A DNA stretch of 64,000 nucleotides from positions 16,040-80,039 of IMG/VR virus record IMGVR_UViG_3300028590_000011, one strand, 5' to 3'. The notes beneath the pieces were generated by a model. The model did no database searches and had not been told where the DNA came from. It was given only the letters and a program-made list of their open reading frames with translations. Origin of the DNA: a virus. Positions within the stretch are counted from its first letter, which is position 1, and every line of letters starts with the position of its first letter. The position numbers were made by a program, and so were the translations under genes. Shown here one piece after another: positions 54,685 to 64,000 of the stretch.

Positions 54685-57600
54685 TGGGCGTCTCCGAACA
54701 CCACCCACTCATCAGTAGCCCGCTTGTAGGCACCGATGAGCGACCACTGCGCGCGCGTAGCCGCAGACGAGGCGAACCGCAGCGTGACACCGGCACCAGC
54801 CACCAGTGTCGCCTGACCCGTGCTCACCTGGGTCAGGTTCAGCTTCGTCCCGGTCGGGAAGGCCACCGAGGAGTTAGGCGGGATGGTGTAGTTCGCAGCA
54901 GACGCGGAGTTGTGCTCGATGAACCGCTCCGCGTCATCCAGCACGAAGGTGTACGCGCCTGTCTGCACGCTGGGCGCGCGGATGCCCACGCGGTACCTGA
55001 CCGCAGCAGCGATCAGTGCCGGAGTCATCCAGCCAGAGGTGGTGGAGGTGCCCGTCTCCATCGTGCCCTGGGAGATGATGTCCCAGTTGGCAGAAGGACC
55101 GACCATGTCGAACCGGTCAGTAGCCGAGTCGTAGCGCAGGAACCAGCGCCCGTTGGCAGCCGCCACCGCGTTGTAAAGCGTGGCCGCAGAGCCACCGAGG
55201 TAGATGTTCTTGGCCCCGAGCGAGTCGATGTTCAGGGTCGGAGAAGCAGCCGTGTTGCCGTTGGTCAGCACGACCGTGATCAGGTCGCCGTCCGTGTAGG
55301 CGTAGCCACCACCAATGGTCGCAGTCTTGGCGGCAGTGCCGACCGCCGTACCCGAGGTCGTCTCGGTGAAGGACGCGCCAGCGGTAATCCCCAGCGTGGC
55401 CCGAGCCGTGGTCGCGTCAGCATCATCCAGCAGCGTGCGCGCGAAGGAGGACAGGTCGGTTAGCGCCCAGGTCCCCGAACCAGTGGCGTACAGCAGCTTG
55501 TTCGCAGCGGAGGTGAGCGCTGCGATAGCAGTCAGGTCAGCATCCAGCGGCTGCTTCCCGTCAAGCGCCGTCTGGGTAGCAGTAGAGATGGGCTTGGCCG
55601 TGTCAGCAGTGTTGTCGACGTTGGAGAGCCCGACAGCCGTCTTGTTGAGTGTCTGCCAACTCTTGTCTCCACGCAGGTACTGCGAGGTCGTCCCGGCCGC
55701 GAACGCGTCCTCCTTGCCGTCCAGAGCCGTCTGGGTGGCGTCGGAGATGGGCTTGTTCTCGTCCGAGGTGTTGTCAACGTTGGCCAGACCCACGTCACCC
55801 TTGGTCAGGTTGACGACACCCGTGTAGCCGTTAACCGAGGTGACCGAGCCGCCTCCACCGCCACCGGTGTTCGCATCGATGGCCTGCTTGACTCGCTCGG
55901 CCGTCCACACCCGAGCGACAGTGCTCGTCCCAGCCTCAGCTTCAGCCTGGGAAGGAACCGAGTAGGTAGGCAGCGGCTGCCAGGTCTTGTCGCCCCGGTA
56001 GTAGTCCGCCGTAGTACCAGCAGCGACCAGGTCTTCCTTGTCGTCCAGTGCAGCCTGCTGAGCCGTGGAGACCGGCTTGGAGAGATCCGTGGTGTTGTCC
56101 ACGTTCCCCAGACCGATGTCGCCCTTGACCAGGGTGACCGCAGGACCGGTCTTGCCGTTGACCGAGGTGACACCTGTGGTGCCCGAGCGCTCCGAGCGCG
56201 ACACTTCGTACCACTTGGAGTCCACGTCGTTGTACATGAACTCCACGAACAGGAAGGTGTTCAAGGGCGGTGTAACCGGCGCAGCACCGACGAAGACCAT
56301 GTTGGTGGCCCAGGTCAGCGTCTGGTTGTTGCCATCCGAGACCACCTGGACGAGCAACCTGGCCCCGACGACAGGGTTGGTCACCGTCATAGAGGTGACC
56401 GAGCCGGTGCCCACCAGGTTGATCCGGTGCATCGTGTAGGCCTTGGAGTCCAGCGTCACCGCGCCAGCAGCGAAGATGGCAGGAGACGGGTAGTAGCCCG
56501 AGCGGCCCTGCACCATCATCGTGGTAGCAGCGATGTTGCCTAGCGTCCCGTCCCGCTGGATGTAGTCCTGAACGGTGTAGTTCGCGCCGCTCATGAACAG
56601 CAGCTGGAAGTCCCGAGAGATGACACCTCGCGCGCCCGCGTCTGAAGGCCGCTTGCAGGCGATCGGGTACGCCTCGTTGTCAGGCGGCGAGAAGATCGTG
56701 CCCATCTCGCGGATGATCGCCCGACCGATGTTCGTCCCGGAGTTCACGTTGGTGAACTTCGTGGAGATGCCAGCACCGTAGATGTTCGTGCCGTCCCAGA
56801 TCAGCTGCCCGTTGCCGCCGTCCTGGATGAACATCGAGGAGTGTCGCTGCCAGTAGCTCTCGCCAGTGACCACACAGCGGTTGTTACCGACCAGTCGGAT
56901 CGCCGGGGTGTTGTCGACCGTGCCGCCGTTGTAGTTGCAGGAGTTGAACTCGACCGCCGTGATGATGGTCGGGAAGGAGGCGTTGCTGACCTTGATCAGC
57001 TCGGCGGTGGACATGTCCACGTTGTTGTTGGAGAACCCACACGAGGTGAACCGCAGGTTCGCTCCTGCGTCGATGTGCACGAAGACAGAGGCCGTGTTGG
57101 CGACGTGCGCCTCGAAGATGCACTGGTTCCACTGGTTGTGCGCGGAGCCGAAAGGATAGACGTTGTCAGTCGTGCCATCCGGGTCATCGATCACCAGCGC
57201 GTAGCCAGTGGCTCCCGGAGCGTTCGAGCACCGCGAGAAGAAGTTGCCGCCCGAGCCGTTGATCATCCGGGCGTTGCCGGTACCGCAGTTGACCGTGTCC
57301 ACGGAGACGTTGGTTGTGTTCTGCGCGCCATTGAACAGCCAGCCGATACCAGCGGCGTCCTTGATCTTGACGCCGATCAGAGAGGACTGCACGCACTCCA
57401 TCCGCACCAGACCGGTGACATCGCCAGTGTCGTTGCCGTCGATGGTCAGGTCGCGGATACCAGAGGGACGAGAGGCACCGGTGGACCACTTACCCACGCG
57501 CAGGCGCGAGGTGGAGTCGATGGCCCGCAGGCCCTTCTCCGAGGTGTCCGAGGCACCGCTGCCCTTGATCATCACCGCGTTGGGGATGACCAGGTCGCCA

Positions 57601-58448
57601 GTCCAGCCGTAGAGCCCTCCGGAGACATCAAGGACACCGCCACCAGCCACATCAGCAGCGTCCATGGCAGCCTGGAGCGCAACCGTGTCGTCCGCAGGCC
57701 AGCCGAGCGCGCCATAGTCCTCGGGCAGGTACGAGGTAGTGCTGCCTGCACCGTCCTCGCCCTTCAGGTTGCCCCGGAGAGTCCAGACCGCAGTGTCGGT
57801 CTTCTCGTAGTAGTCACCGTTGGTGGTGTTCAGGTAGAAGTCCCCGACCGATCCCGCGCCCGAGGCAGGCGTACCAGCAGCGGCGAACCACTTGGTCCCA
57901 GGTGCACCAGTGGCACCGGTGGGCCCAGCCGTACCAGCAGAGCCCTTGATATTGCCTCGCGCGGTCCAGGTGCTCGCACCGGTCTTCTCGTAGATGTCAT
58001 ACGAGCTGGTGTTGATGTACCAGTCGGTTACGGTTCCCGTCGCTCCACCCGGCGCTCCTGCGCCTGCGAGCCACTTAGACGATGAACCGTTCGCGCCAGC
58101 CGGACCCGTAGGGCCAGTAGCCCCAGTGTCACCGTTGATGTTGCCCTGGCTGGTCCAGACGGTGCTGCTCGTCTTCTTGTAGACATCCCACGTATCTGTC
58201 TTGAAGTACCAGTCCCCGAGATTGCCCAGGCCGCTGGACGGAGCACTGGTGCCACTCAGAATGTCAGAGCTGCCGTCGTTCACCCACGGCAGGGAGTTCC
58301 ACGCGGTAGAGCCGTTGCCGATCTTCAGGCCACGGTTGGTGGTGTCGTACCCCGGCTCACCGTTCTTCAGGACGGGGTTCTTAGAGGTCCAGTTAGTCGC
58401 CGTATCCCGGCGCATCTGGATGTTGGTCACCGTAGTCGCAGTAGCCAT
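54681..58448 (-). CDS. tail fibre/tailspike with pectin-lyase-like beta-helix (putative depolymerase)
   Basis: Mtd-N-like N-terminus; collagen-linked repeats; DYGALG...DDTVALQAA.D...GG motif; GL.NVDNT.D..KP.S.A.Q.ALD repeats. Confidence 0.85.
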   Translation of the reverse strand: MATATTVTNIQMRRDTATNWTSKNPVLKNGEPGYDTTNRGLKIGNGSTAWNSLPWVNDGSSDILSGTSAPSSGLGNLGDWYFKTDTWDVYKKTSSTVWTSQGNINGDTGATGPTGPAGANGSSSKWLAGAGAPGGATGTVTDWYINTSSYDIYEKTGASTWTARGNIKGSAGTAGPTGATGAPGTKWFAAAGTPASGAGSVGDFYLNTTNGDYYEKTDTAVWTLRGNLKGEDGAGSTTSYLPEDYGALGWPADDTVALQAAMDAADVAGGGVLDVSGGLYGWTGDLVIPNAVMIKGSGASDTSEKGLRAIDSTSRLRVGKWSTGASRPSGIRDLTIDGNDTGDVTGLVRMECVQSSLIGVKIKDAAGIGWLFNGAQNTTNVSVDTVNCGTGNARMINGSGGNFFSRCSNAPGATGYALVIDDPDGTTDNVYPFGSAHNQWNQCIFEAHVANTASVFVHIDAGANLRFTSCGFSNNNVDMSTAELIKVSNASFPTIITAVEFNSCNYNGGTVDNTPAIRLVGNNRCVVTGESYWQRHSSMFIQDGGNGQLIWDGTNIYGAGISTKFTNVNSGTNIGRAIIREMGTIFSPPDNEAYPIACKRPSDAGARGVISRDFQLLFMSGANYTVQDYIQRDGTLGNIAATTMMVQGRSGYYPSPAIFAAGAVTLDSKAYTMHRINLVGTGSVTSMTVTNPVVGARLLVQVVSDGNNQTLTWATNMVFVGAAPVTPPLNTFLFVEFMYNDVDSKWYEVSRSERSGTTGVTSVNGKTGPAVTLVKGDIGLGNVDNTTDLSKPVSTAQQAALDDKEDLVAAGTTADYYRGDKTWQPLPTYSVPSQAEAEAGTSTVARVWTAERVKQAIDANTGGGGGGSVTSVNGYTGVVNLTKGDVGLANVDNTSDENKPISDATQTALDGKEDAFAAGTTSQYLRGDKSWQTLNKTAVGLSNVDNTADTAKPISTATQTALDGKQPLDADLTAIAALTSAANKLLYATGSGTWALTDLSSFARTLLDDADATTARATLGITAGASFTETTSGTAVGTAAKTATIGGGYAYTDGDLITVVLTNGNTAASPTLNIDSLGAKNIYLGGSAATLYNAVAAANGRWFLRYDSATDRFDMVGPSANWDIISQGTMETGTSTTSGWMTPALIAAAVRYRVGIRAPSVQTGAYTFVLDDAERFIEHNSASAANYTIPPNSSVAFPTGTKLNLTQVSTGQATLVAGAGVTLRFASSAATRAQWSLIGAYKRATDEWVVFGDAQ

Positions 58449-58564
58449 CAGAGAACTCCTCCATCGAACACCAGACCGTCGTCCATGTTGCCATCTACTG
58501 CGAGCCAGTACTCGATCTCAGCGACCTTGGTCTTCAACGCGATGAACTCAGCCCAACTCACCAT
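58448..58564 (-). CDS. 38-aa peptide ending in a DGG motif (not in track)
   Basis: MVSWAEFIALKTKVAEIEYWLAVDGNMDDGLVFDGGVL; TGATG coupling on both sides. Confidence 0.65.
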   Translation of the reverse strand: MVSWAEFIALKTKVAEIEYWLAVDGNMDDGLVFDGGVL

Positions 58565-59067
58565 CAGGCCTCGCCTCCATCGAGCTCGTAGTCACTGTCG
58601 TACGTCGAGAAGGCGTCTCCTCCGTCGAGGATCGCAGCCAGCATCTCGACCTTGCCGACCAGCTCATCGAACTCTGCTCGCTCCACATCCTGGAGCTCAC
58701 CAGAGGCAGGCGGTACGCGCGTGGCCGTGATCAGGTCTACACCCGGCTCCGTGGCGCTCAGCGGCACCTCGATGTCGTAGCTCTCGCCCTCAGCGTTCTT
58801 GAAGACCTCTACGACCTCGTACGTCCAGTTGATCACCGTCAGGTCGGTGTCGTCGGTGGCAGGCAGTTCCACGGAGAACTCGCCCACAGCATTGAGTAGC
58901 ACCTCGATCGGACCACCAAGAACGGTGACCAGCGCAGGCGCATCGATGATCGCGTCAGGGCGAGGCCTGAAGATGACCTTCCCCTCGACCGGCGTCCCAT
59001 CAATGAGCAGATACTGAGCATGGACAGGCACCAGCTTCCAGTCCTGCTCGAAGTCGTAGAACGCCAT
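58564..59067 (-). CDS. minor tail/fibre adaptor protein with C-terminal DGG motifs
   Basis: G.FSVELPATDD.D....NWTYEV.E motif common in actinophage tail proteins. Confidence 0.7.
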   Translation of the reverse strand: MAFYDFEQDWKLVPVHAQYLLIDGTPVEGKVIFRPRPDAIIDAPALVTVLGGPIEVLLNAVGEFSVELPATDDTDLTVINWTYEVVEVFKNAEGESYDIEVPLSATEPGVDLITATRVPPASGELQDVERAEFDELVGKVEMLAAILDGGDAFSTYDSDYELDGGEA

Positions 59068-59089
59068 GGCTACATGGTCTCATCACTGG

Positions 59090-61429
59090 CTAGGTGAGCT
59101 TGGCAAGAGTGAACCGACTGGCAGCAATGAAGGCGAGCGTCCCGCCCGAGTTCTGGAGCGCCTCGACCTCCAGGATGTCTCCTGCTCCACACGCGTAGAC
59201 CCCAGTGACGTTCACGTAGGTCTGCACCCCGCTGATCGCAGGGACACGCATTCGATCCCCGATGCCACCGTTGCGCAGCAACAGGAGTTGCCGATATCCC
59301 GTCGCGTTGGTCTCGAAGATCCCAGTGACGTTCATGATGTACAGCCCAGCCTGCTGGATGGTGAAGATCCCAGCCGAGTAGGTGAACCAGCTCTGGTCCT
59401 GCCAGTCGTTGAGCAACTCGTTCCAAGAGATCGTGGTCGCGGTGTTGTGCGAGAGGTTCTGGTCCGTCGTGCGGCTACGGATGTTCGCACCGTTGTCGGA
59501 GTACATCTCCTCGCGCGCAGCTGACCGCACCGAGGTCTTGAACGTCCCCGTGCCCACCGAGCCGTTGGAGTTGGCGTCCACCGAGAAGGAGCCGACGTTG
59601 GCTACCAACTTCCCCGGCGTCTCCGAGGTGGAAGGGAAGGTGTTGGTGCTCGGCGCACCTGCTCCAGAGGTAGCCAGCGCGCTGTACTCGGCAGTAGTAA
59701 CACCCACCAAAGGTGCATCCTGCCGGAACATGTTGGCGTTGGAGGGCACCGTGCTGCCCCGACCCACGTAGATGTTCACCCGGTCCGCTTCGCTGTTCAG
59801 CGGGATCCGAGAGGTGTTGACGATCATCTTGGTGCGCTTGGGCTGCGTCACCTTGGTCTTGGGGCTCTGCGTGGTCTCGTACGCGTCGCTGGCGAGGGTG
59901 TTGGAGATCCACTTGGTCTGACTGTTCGCGCCCAACACGTTCTCACTCGTGTAGGTGCGTACTACGTACTCCTGGCCCACCTGATTCAGGGCCTTCCACA
60001 CCGAGCCGTCCCAGAAGAAGCCCCTCAGACCCGCCTCACCGATCGGCCAGTCAGTGTTGGTAAGTCGAGAGCCTGTGCCCGAGTTGAACCCAAAGAAGTT
60101 GCCTCCGCTGCGCGCGGCCACCACGAGGCGTTGCGAGCCCCCGAAGTCAGCCGAGGTGAGGGCAACACCAGCGGGGTTGTAGGGGAACGCGTCTCCGCCC
60201 GGACCAATGTCCCACTCCACCGTCATGGTGGCAGGCGTGGACTCGGTGGAGTTGTTGTACTCGTAGAACCGGAAGCGGATGCCCGAGGTGGTGTTCTGGG
60301 TGATGATCAGCCGGTCGCCATCCGTGCCCAGCCCGCCCCAGTACTGAGTGCTGAGGGACAGAGCTACAGAGTCCTGGACCGCCAGCGTCTCCGCGTTCAG
60401 CCGGTAGACCCGCCAGCCAGAGTTCGAGTAGGTAGAGCCAGTGAGGACGAACAGCTCGCCGCCCTTGTACACGACCCCACCGCTCGCGAAGGACGATGCT
60501 CCGTGCGCGGCCATCCCGAAGATGTTGGTCGTGCCGAGGAAGGTGCCCAGCGAATCCCACTTGGCGACACCGATGGTGGCTGCGATGCCGATGTTGAGGA
60601 AGACCGAGTAGTAGTTCTCCCCGTCCGTGCACAGGCCGTACAGCGCACCAGGAGTAGCGCTCAGGGCCATGGTGTCGTACCCGAAGGTCACTGTGGGCGC
60701 GCTACGGGGTGCTGTGGTGCCTGCGGAGAGCGCGAGTGAACCACCGACCGCAACCTCTACTTCACCACCCAGAGAGCCGCCGGAGGGAATGTCAGGGTCG
60801 TCCGTGGAGATGGTGAGGGTACGCAGCTTCGCCTCACCAGCGATGATGGCCATGCCTTCCCCCGGCACAGCCTTGAAGAACAGCTCCTGGTTCTCGTTCC
60901 AGATGAACAGACCGGGCGTGCCATCGACGTTGCCGATCTTGATCCCGGCCTGCTGGTCCTTGGTGGTCTGGATGGTCGTACCCGTCATGGTCACCGCAGA
61001 CAGGTCCACAGCGTTCAGGGCGTCGACCAACACACCGTTCTGCTGGAGGTGCTCGACCGTCACCTGACCGACCATCAGCTCCCACTGACCGTCAGCGATC
61101 TCCGAGGCACCCACCGAAGCGGCGCGGTAGAGCTTCCTGAGGTCGTCCGTGTCGAACCACAGGTCACCGATGTTCACCGAGATCGGCGGCTCATCACCCA
61201 CGAAGGTGAGCTGTCCACCGACACCGCCCACGACATCCTCGAAGGCGTCGCTGCCCCCATGCAGGGAGGAGCGATACACCTGGATGACTTGTAGGTCAGT
61301 GCGGTAGATCAGCATCCCGTGCCACGGTGCCTCGGGGATGTCTTCCCCGGAGAACATCAGGACAGCGGTGTTGTCCGATGGGAGACGCTGACCAAGCCGC
61401 GATGCCTGTGCCTGGTCGAACGTAGCCAT
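59090..61429 (-). CDS. minor tail protein (propeller-like middle, C1q/TNF-like C-terminus)
   Basis: GDLWFDTDD..KLYRA; C-terminal FTI..AGLY...GDILEV...QNSG. Confidence 0.7.
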   Translation of the reverse strand: MATFDQAQASRLGQRLPSDNTAVLMFSGEDIPEAPWHGMLIYRTDLQVIQVYRSSLHGGSDAFEDVVGGVGGQLTFVGDEPPISVNIGDLWFDTDDLRKLYRAASVGASEIADGQWELMVGQVTVEHLQQNGVLVDALNAVDLSAVTMTGTTIQTTKDQQAGIKIGNVDGTPGLFIWNENQELFFKAVPGEGMAIIAGEAKLRTLTISTDDPDIPSGGSLGGEVEVAVGGSLALSAGTTAPRSAPTVTFGYDTMALSATPGALYGLCTDGENYYSVFLNIGIAATIGVAKWDSLGTFLGTTNIFGMAAHGASSFASGGVVYKGGELFVLTGSTYSNSGWRVYRLNAETLAVQDSVALSLSTQYWGGLGTDGDRLIITQNTTSGIRFRFYEYNNSTESTPATMTVEWDIGPGGDAFPYNPAGVALTSADFGGSQRLVVAARSGGNFFGFNSGTGSRLTNTDWPIGEAGLRGFFWDGSVWKALNQVGQEYVVRTYTSENVLGANSQTKWISNTLASDAYETTQSPKTKVTQPKRTKMIVNTSRIPLNSEADRVNIYVGRGSTVPSNANMFRQDAPLVGVTTAEYSALATSGAGAPSTNTFPSTSETPGKLVANVGSFSVDANSNGSVGTGTFKTSVRSAAREEMYSDNGANIRSRTTDQNLSHNTATTISWNELLNDWQDQSWFTYSAGIFTIQQAGLYIMNVTGIFETNATGYRQLLLLRNGGIGDRMRVPAISGVQTYVNVTGVYACGAGDILEVEALQNSGGTLAFIAASRFTLAKLT

Positions 61430-62124
61430 TAGGTCAGATCAGCGTAGGTAGCGAACCCAGAGCCAGCGTCGCCATCCGGACCCTGCGGGCCTTCCGGACC
61501 CTGAGGACCAACAGGACCCTGCGGACCCTGAGGACCAGCAGGACCAATCGGGCCAGAGCCGATGCGGGTGACTGTGCACGCACCCTCGGAGATGTTCAGC
61601 GCGAGGTCGTCCGAGGACAGACCCTTGACGTTGAGGATCTCCCCACCAGCGATCACCCGATACGGGCAGTGGATCTCCAGGAGCGTGGGCTCACCCGTCA
61701 CAGCAGGAGTGGAGGTCTTCCACACCACACCGTTGGTCGTGGACACCACAGACAGTGTGCGCAGCCCATCAGCCGGGTTAGCAGGCAGATCGAACTCCAC
61801 CCACGCGGAGATGAGATAGTCACCAGCCTCAGGGAAGGTCAGGTTGGTGGCTGAGGTGAACACACTCAGGTCGTCGTAGACCACAGTGCCGAAGGACACC
61901 AATGTGTCCGTGTCCGGGTTCAGCGAGGTCGTGGACGAGACGTTCGCGCGGGCCTGGATCTGGAGGATCTCACCAGTAGGTCCCTGCACACCCTCAGGGC
62001 CCTGCGGACCATCAGGTCCCGGAGGACCAACAGGACCACGAGGGCCGACTGGACCGACACCTGCGAGCACCCCCGTGCGGACCTGGATAGTGCCTCCGTT
62101 GACGAGGCGTACGACATTGGCCAT
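61429..62124 (-). CDS. collagen-like tail fibre protein
   Basis: Two Gly-X-Y runs flanking a C1q-like beta domain. Confidence 0.75.
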   Translation of the reverse strand: MANVVRLVNGGTIQVRTGVLAGVGPVGPRGPVGPPGPDGPQGPEGVQGPTGEILQIQARANVSSTTSLNPDTDTLVSFGTVVYDDLSVFTSATNLTFPEAGDYLISAWVEFDLPANPADGLRTLSVVSTTNGVVWKTSTPAVTGEPTLLEIHCPYRVIAGGEILNVKGLSSDDLALNISEGACTVTRIGSGPIGPAGPQGPQGPVGPQGPEGPQGPDGDAGSGFATYADLT

Positions 62125-62128
62125 GTTC

Positions 62129-62518
62129 TTACTCCGTCATCTGGGTGACGCGCTTGTTGACGGTCACCTGCCCGTAGAGGATGCGAGCGACCTGGAGCCC
62201 GGAGAACTCGTTGCCATCGTCGCAGGTGACGAACAGGTCGTAGTGGTAGACACCCGGCGTGAAGGTCACGGTCTGGGTGCGCGGGATGTGGAGCTGGATG
62301 AGCCCGATGTCCGGTGAGAGGTTGATGCTCGGGATCTCCCCATCAGGGATGTCCGGATCAGTCTCCAGAGTAGCGATGGTCTGGCCAGTCGCTGCCCTGA
62401 TGTCCATGCGACAGGGGTGCACGATGATGACTGGCTCGTCGTAGTTGTCCGTCCAGACAACCTCTGAGGTCCAGTCCTCTCCCTGGTCGATCACCAGGGG
62501 AACTTCAGCTGCGGGCAT
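62129..62518 (-). CDS. BppU-like baseplate/fibre attachment protein
   Basis: IDQGE.W...MDIR...G.IQL.I...QT......Y.YDL......RILYG.V.V. Confidence 0.7.
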   Translation of the reverse strand: MPAAEVPLVIDQGEDWTSEVVWTDNYDEPVIIVHPCRMDIRAATGQTIATLETDPDIPDGEIPSINLSPDIGLIQLHIPRTQTVTFTPGVYHYDLFVTCDDGNEFSGLQVARILYGQVTVNKRVTQMTE

Positions 62519-62551
62519 CGCTCCTCCTCTGCGTCTATCTTCCCGGCGCTG

Positions 62552-63250
62552 TCAACGACGAGCGAAGTCGGCAACGGTCCAGTAAGGATGGTCCGAACCA
62601 TAGGGCCGAGCCTTGATCGGGTAGTACTTCACCAGCCTGAGCTTCTTGTCGTTCCAGGCGATGCCATCCACCCCGCTGACCTTCCACTTCATGTTGTGCG
62701 CGGTGAACAGGTCGTACATGGTGAGGTAGTCCTTGTCCCGGCGCGGAGCCAGGTTGAAGTCACCGGTCACCACCAGCACCCAACCCATGGCCTCGCAGAA
62801 CTCCATCATGTGGTTCAGCCGGATCATGGACTTCACGAACTCCTTGACCACACCCATCGTGGGGCTGTCGTAGGGGTTCACTGCGTTCGGATGGATCTGG
62901 ATGTGCGCGACCGTGATCCCGTTCCACTTGTAGGCGAGCACGGAGAACACACGATCATGGGCGACCTTGGTGGGGTTGGAGTCGTCGCACACCTGGGTCA
63001 TCTGGAAGTGCCTCAACTGCAACCCCTTGCGCAGCATCATCGGACAGTCGGTGGCGTCCCGCATGTCCTTGAACCCGAACATGGGCCAGAGCGCGTGATA
63101 GTCCGTCCGCCTACGGATGAGTGGCCCGAGGTTCGTCCCCTCGCTCCATCCCCAGGAGTGGCACTTCAGCCCAGCAGCTCTGGCTACTGCGCGCCTGCGT
63201 ACCTTGTTGGCGATGTAGACGTTGCCTGCGCCGATCCTCAGTACTGCCAT
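62552..63250 (-). CDS. endonuclease/exonuclease/phosphatase (EEP) family protein
   Basis: N-terminal Asn strand (AGNV), WSE, IH, GDFN, VDGI, SDH motifs; start 63250. Confidence 0.75.
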   Translation of the reverse strand: MAVLRIGAGNVYIANKVRRRAVARAAGLKCHSWGWSEGTNLGPLIRRRTDYHALWPMFGFKDMRDATDCPMMLRKGLQLRHFQMTQVCDDSNPTKVAHDRVFSVLAYKWNGITVAHIQIHPNAVNPYDSPTMGVVKEFVKSMIRLNHMMEFCEAMGWVLVVTGDFNLAPRRDKDYLTMYDLFTAHNMKWKVSGVDGIAWNDKKLRLVKYYPIKARPYGSDHPYWTVADFARR

Positions 63251-63251
63251 G

Positions 63252-64000
63252 TCAACCGTTCCTTGTGTCAGAGTCGTCCACTGCATAGGGCAGGGCGTAG
63301 AGCTCAGCGTCGGTGTAGTCCGACCAGTCCACGTTCCCACCGGTGGCGTACAGCGGGTCAGGGTCAGCTGAGGTTGGAGGTGTGGGGCTCGGAGAAGGCG
63401 TAGGAGCTGTGGTTCCCCCGGTCCCGCTCTTCTTGGTCACGTCGATGTCGTAGAAGCCCGAGATAGGCCTGTGGTTGGAGTTCTGCCTCGGCCACGCCTT
63501 GTAGCGCGCGAACTTGATCCGGCTGTCCGCTGCGTACCGACCAACGGCGTCGACGGTGTTGCGAGTGGTGGGCACCTGCATGTCCGCGTCGTCCCAGATG
63601 GTCATCATCTTGTTGTTGCGGAACAACTTGGTGGGATAGCGCCTCTGGTCGGGATCTACGTTGAGATCTCCTGCCCACGTCACAGGGCCATACTTCGCCC
63701 GGTTCTTGGTAGTGGCGATCAGATCACCGCTGATCTTGTTCAAGCGCGCAGTGGTCTGGTCGGTAGCGATGGGGAAGTGAGTAGCCACATGGGAGAGCAC
63801 GATGCCTTCCCAGGCGTAGGTGACCCAGACGACGTAGCGCCCACCGAACCTGTCTGTGACGCTCCTGTACCTGCCCTGGTTGCGCATCCTGGCATGTCCA
63901 TTGCGCAGCGCTACCTGGTTGGCTCCTGCGCCGATGATGGGTGTGTAGCCGTTGGCTCTGGCGAGAGAGCGCATGATCGCGGCGTTCCCGTTGCCCATGG
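63252..64000 (-). CDS. EEP family protein, probably 5' truncated by window edge
   Basis: ATHF, GDLN, VDAV, SNHRPI motifs; Pro/Thr linker and acidic tail. Confidence 0.7.
   Translation of the reverse strand, partial: MGNGNAAIMRSLARANGYTPIIGAGANQVALRNGHARMRNQGRYRSVTDRFGGRYVVWVTYAWEGIVLSHVATHFPIATDQTTARLNKISGDLIATTKNRAKYGPVTWAGDLNVDPDQRRYPTKLFRNNKMMTIWDDADMQVPTTRNTVDAVGRYAADSRIKFARYKAWPRQNSNHRPISGFYDIDVTKKSGTGGTTAPTPSPSPTPPTSADPDPLYATGGNVDWSDYTDAELYALPYAVDDSDTRNG

Noticed and set aside
20817-58085. Long + strand ORFs in the structural arm (e.g. 25322-27565, 35215-36684, 43239-45563)
   Set aside because: Antisense shadows of clearly identifiable virion genes
52665-58448. Diversity-generating retroelement suggested by Mtd-N-like domains
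   Set aside because: No reverse transcriptase and no template/variable repeat pair differing at adenines is visible; the domain is a generic fibre anchor
30700-62550. Possible late-promoter consensus in short - strand intergenic gaps (GAGACT, TAGACT, GACGAT, GAAGAT near 30725, 31455, 37395, 40015, 47128, 52850, 62540)
   Set aside because: Too degenerate and upstream spacing inconsistent; needs transcription start data
1-64000. CRISPR array, tRNA genes, integrase or transposase
   Set aside because: No regularly spaced direct repeats, cloverleaf signatures or recombinase motifs seen by eye; a tRNA scan was not run

Overview
This is a 64-kb segment of a high-GC tailed phage with siphovirus-type tail genes. 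The host is probably an actinobacterium; no lysin B is visible in the window. Two arms converge at about 19.8-19.97 kb. The + strand arm (1-19.8 kb) is a dense array of small accessory genes: a HicA-like protein, a vWA protein, a ubiquitin-like protein ending in VGG, a BCS1-like AAA+ ATPase, a ParB/DGQHR-like protein and many hypotheticals. The - strand arm (64 kb to 19.97 kb) is the virion and lysis module. In order it holds two EEP-family hydrolases, tail fibre/spike genes, an M15 endolysin and holin, TerL, portal, a 1089-aa head protein, MuF, an XkdF-like protease, scaffold, decoration protein, major capsid, head-tail joining genes, major tail protein, -1 frameshifted tail chaperones, a tape measure with an M23 peptidase, and minor tail proteins. 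Two candidate undescribed systems stand out. (1) Five basic, Gly-rich head-region proteins share a SAFG[VI]xH[GD] tag at either terminus, separated from the cargo by a Lys-containing putative protease site; this suggests a removable capsid-addressing tag, and it sits beside an apparently split prohead protease. (2) An early operon with a beta-grasp-like GG-terminated protein, a Zn-finger protein, a Cys/Asp-domain protein and a vWA protein may be a phage ubiquitin-like tagging system. All family assignments are by motif recognition only; no database searches were run.
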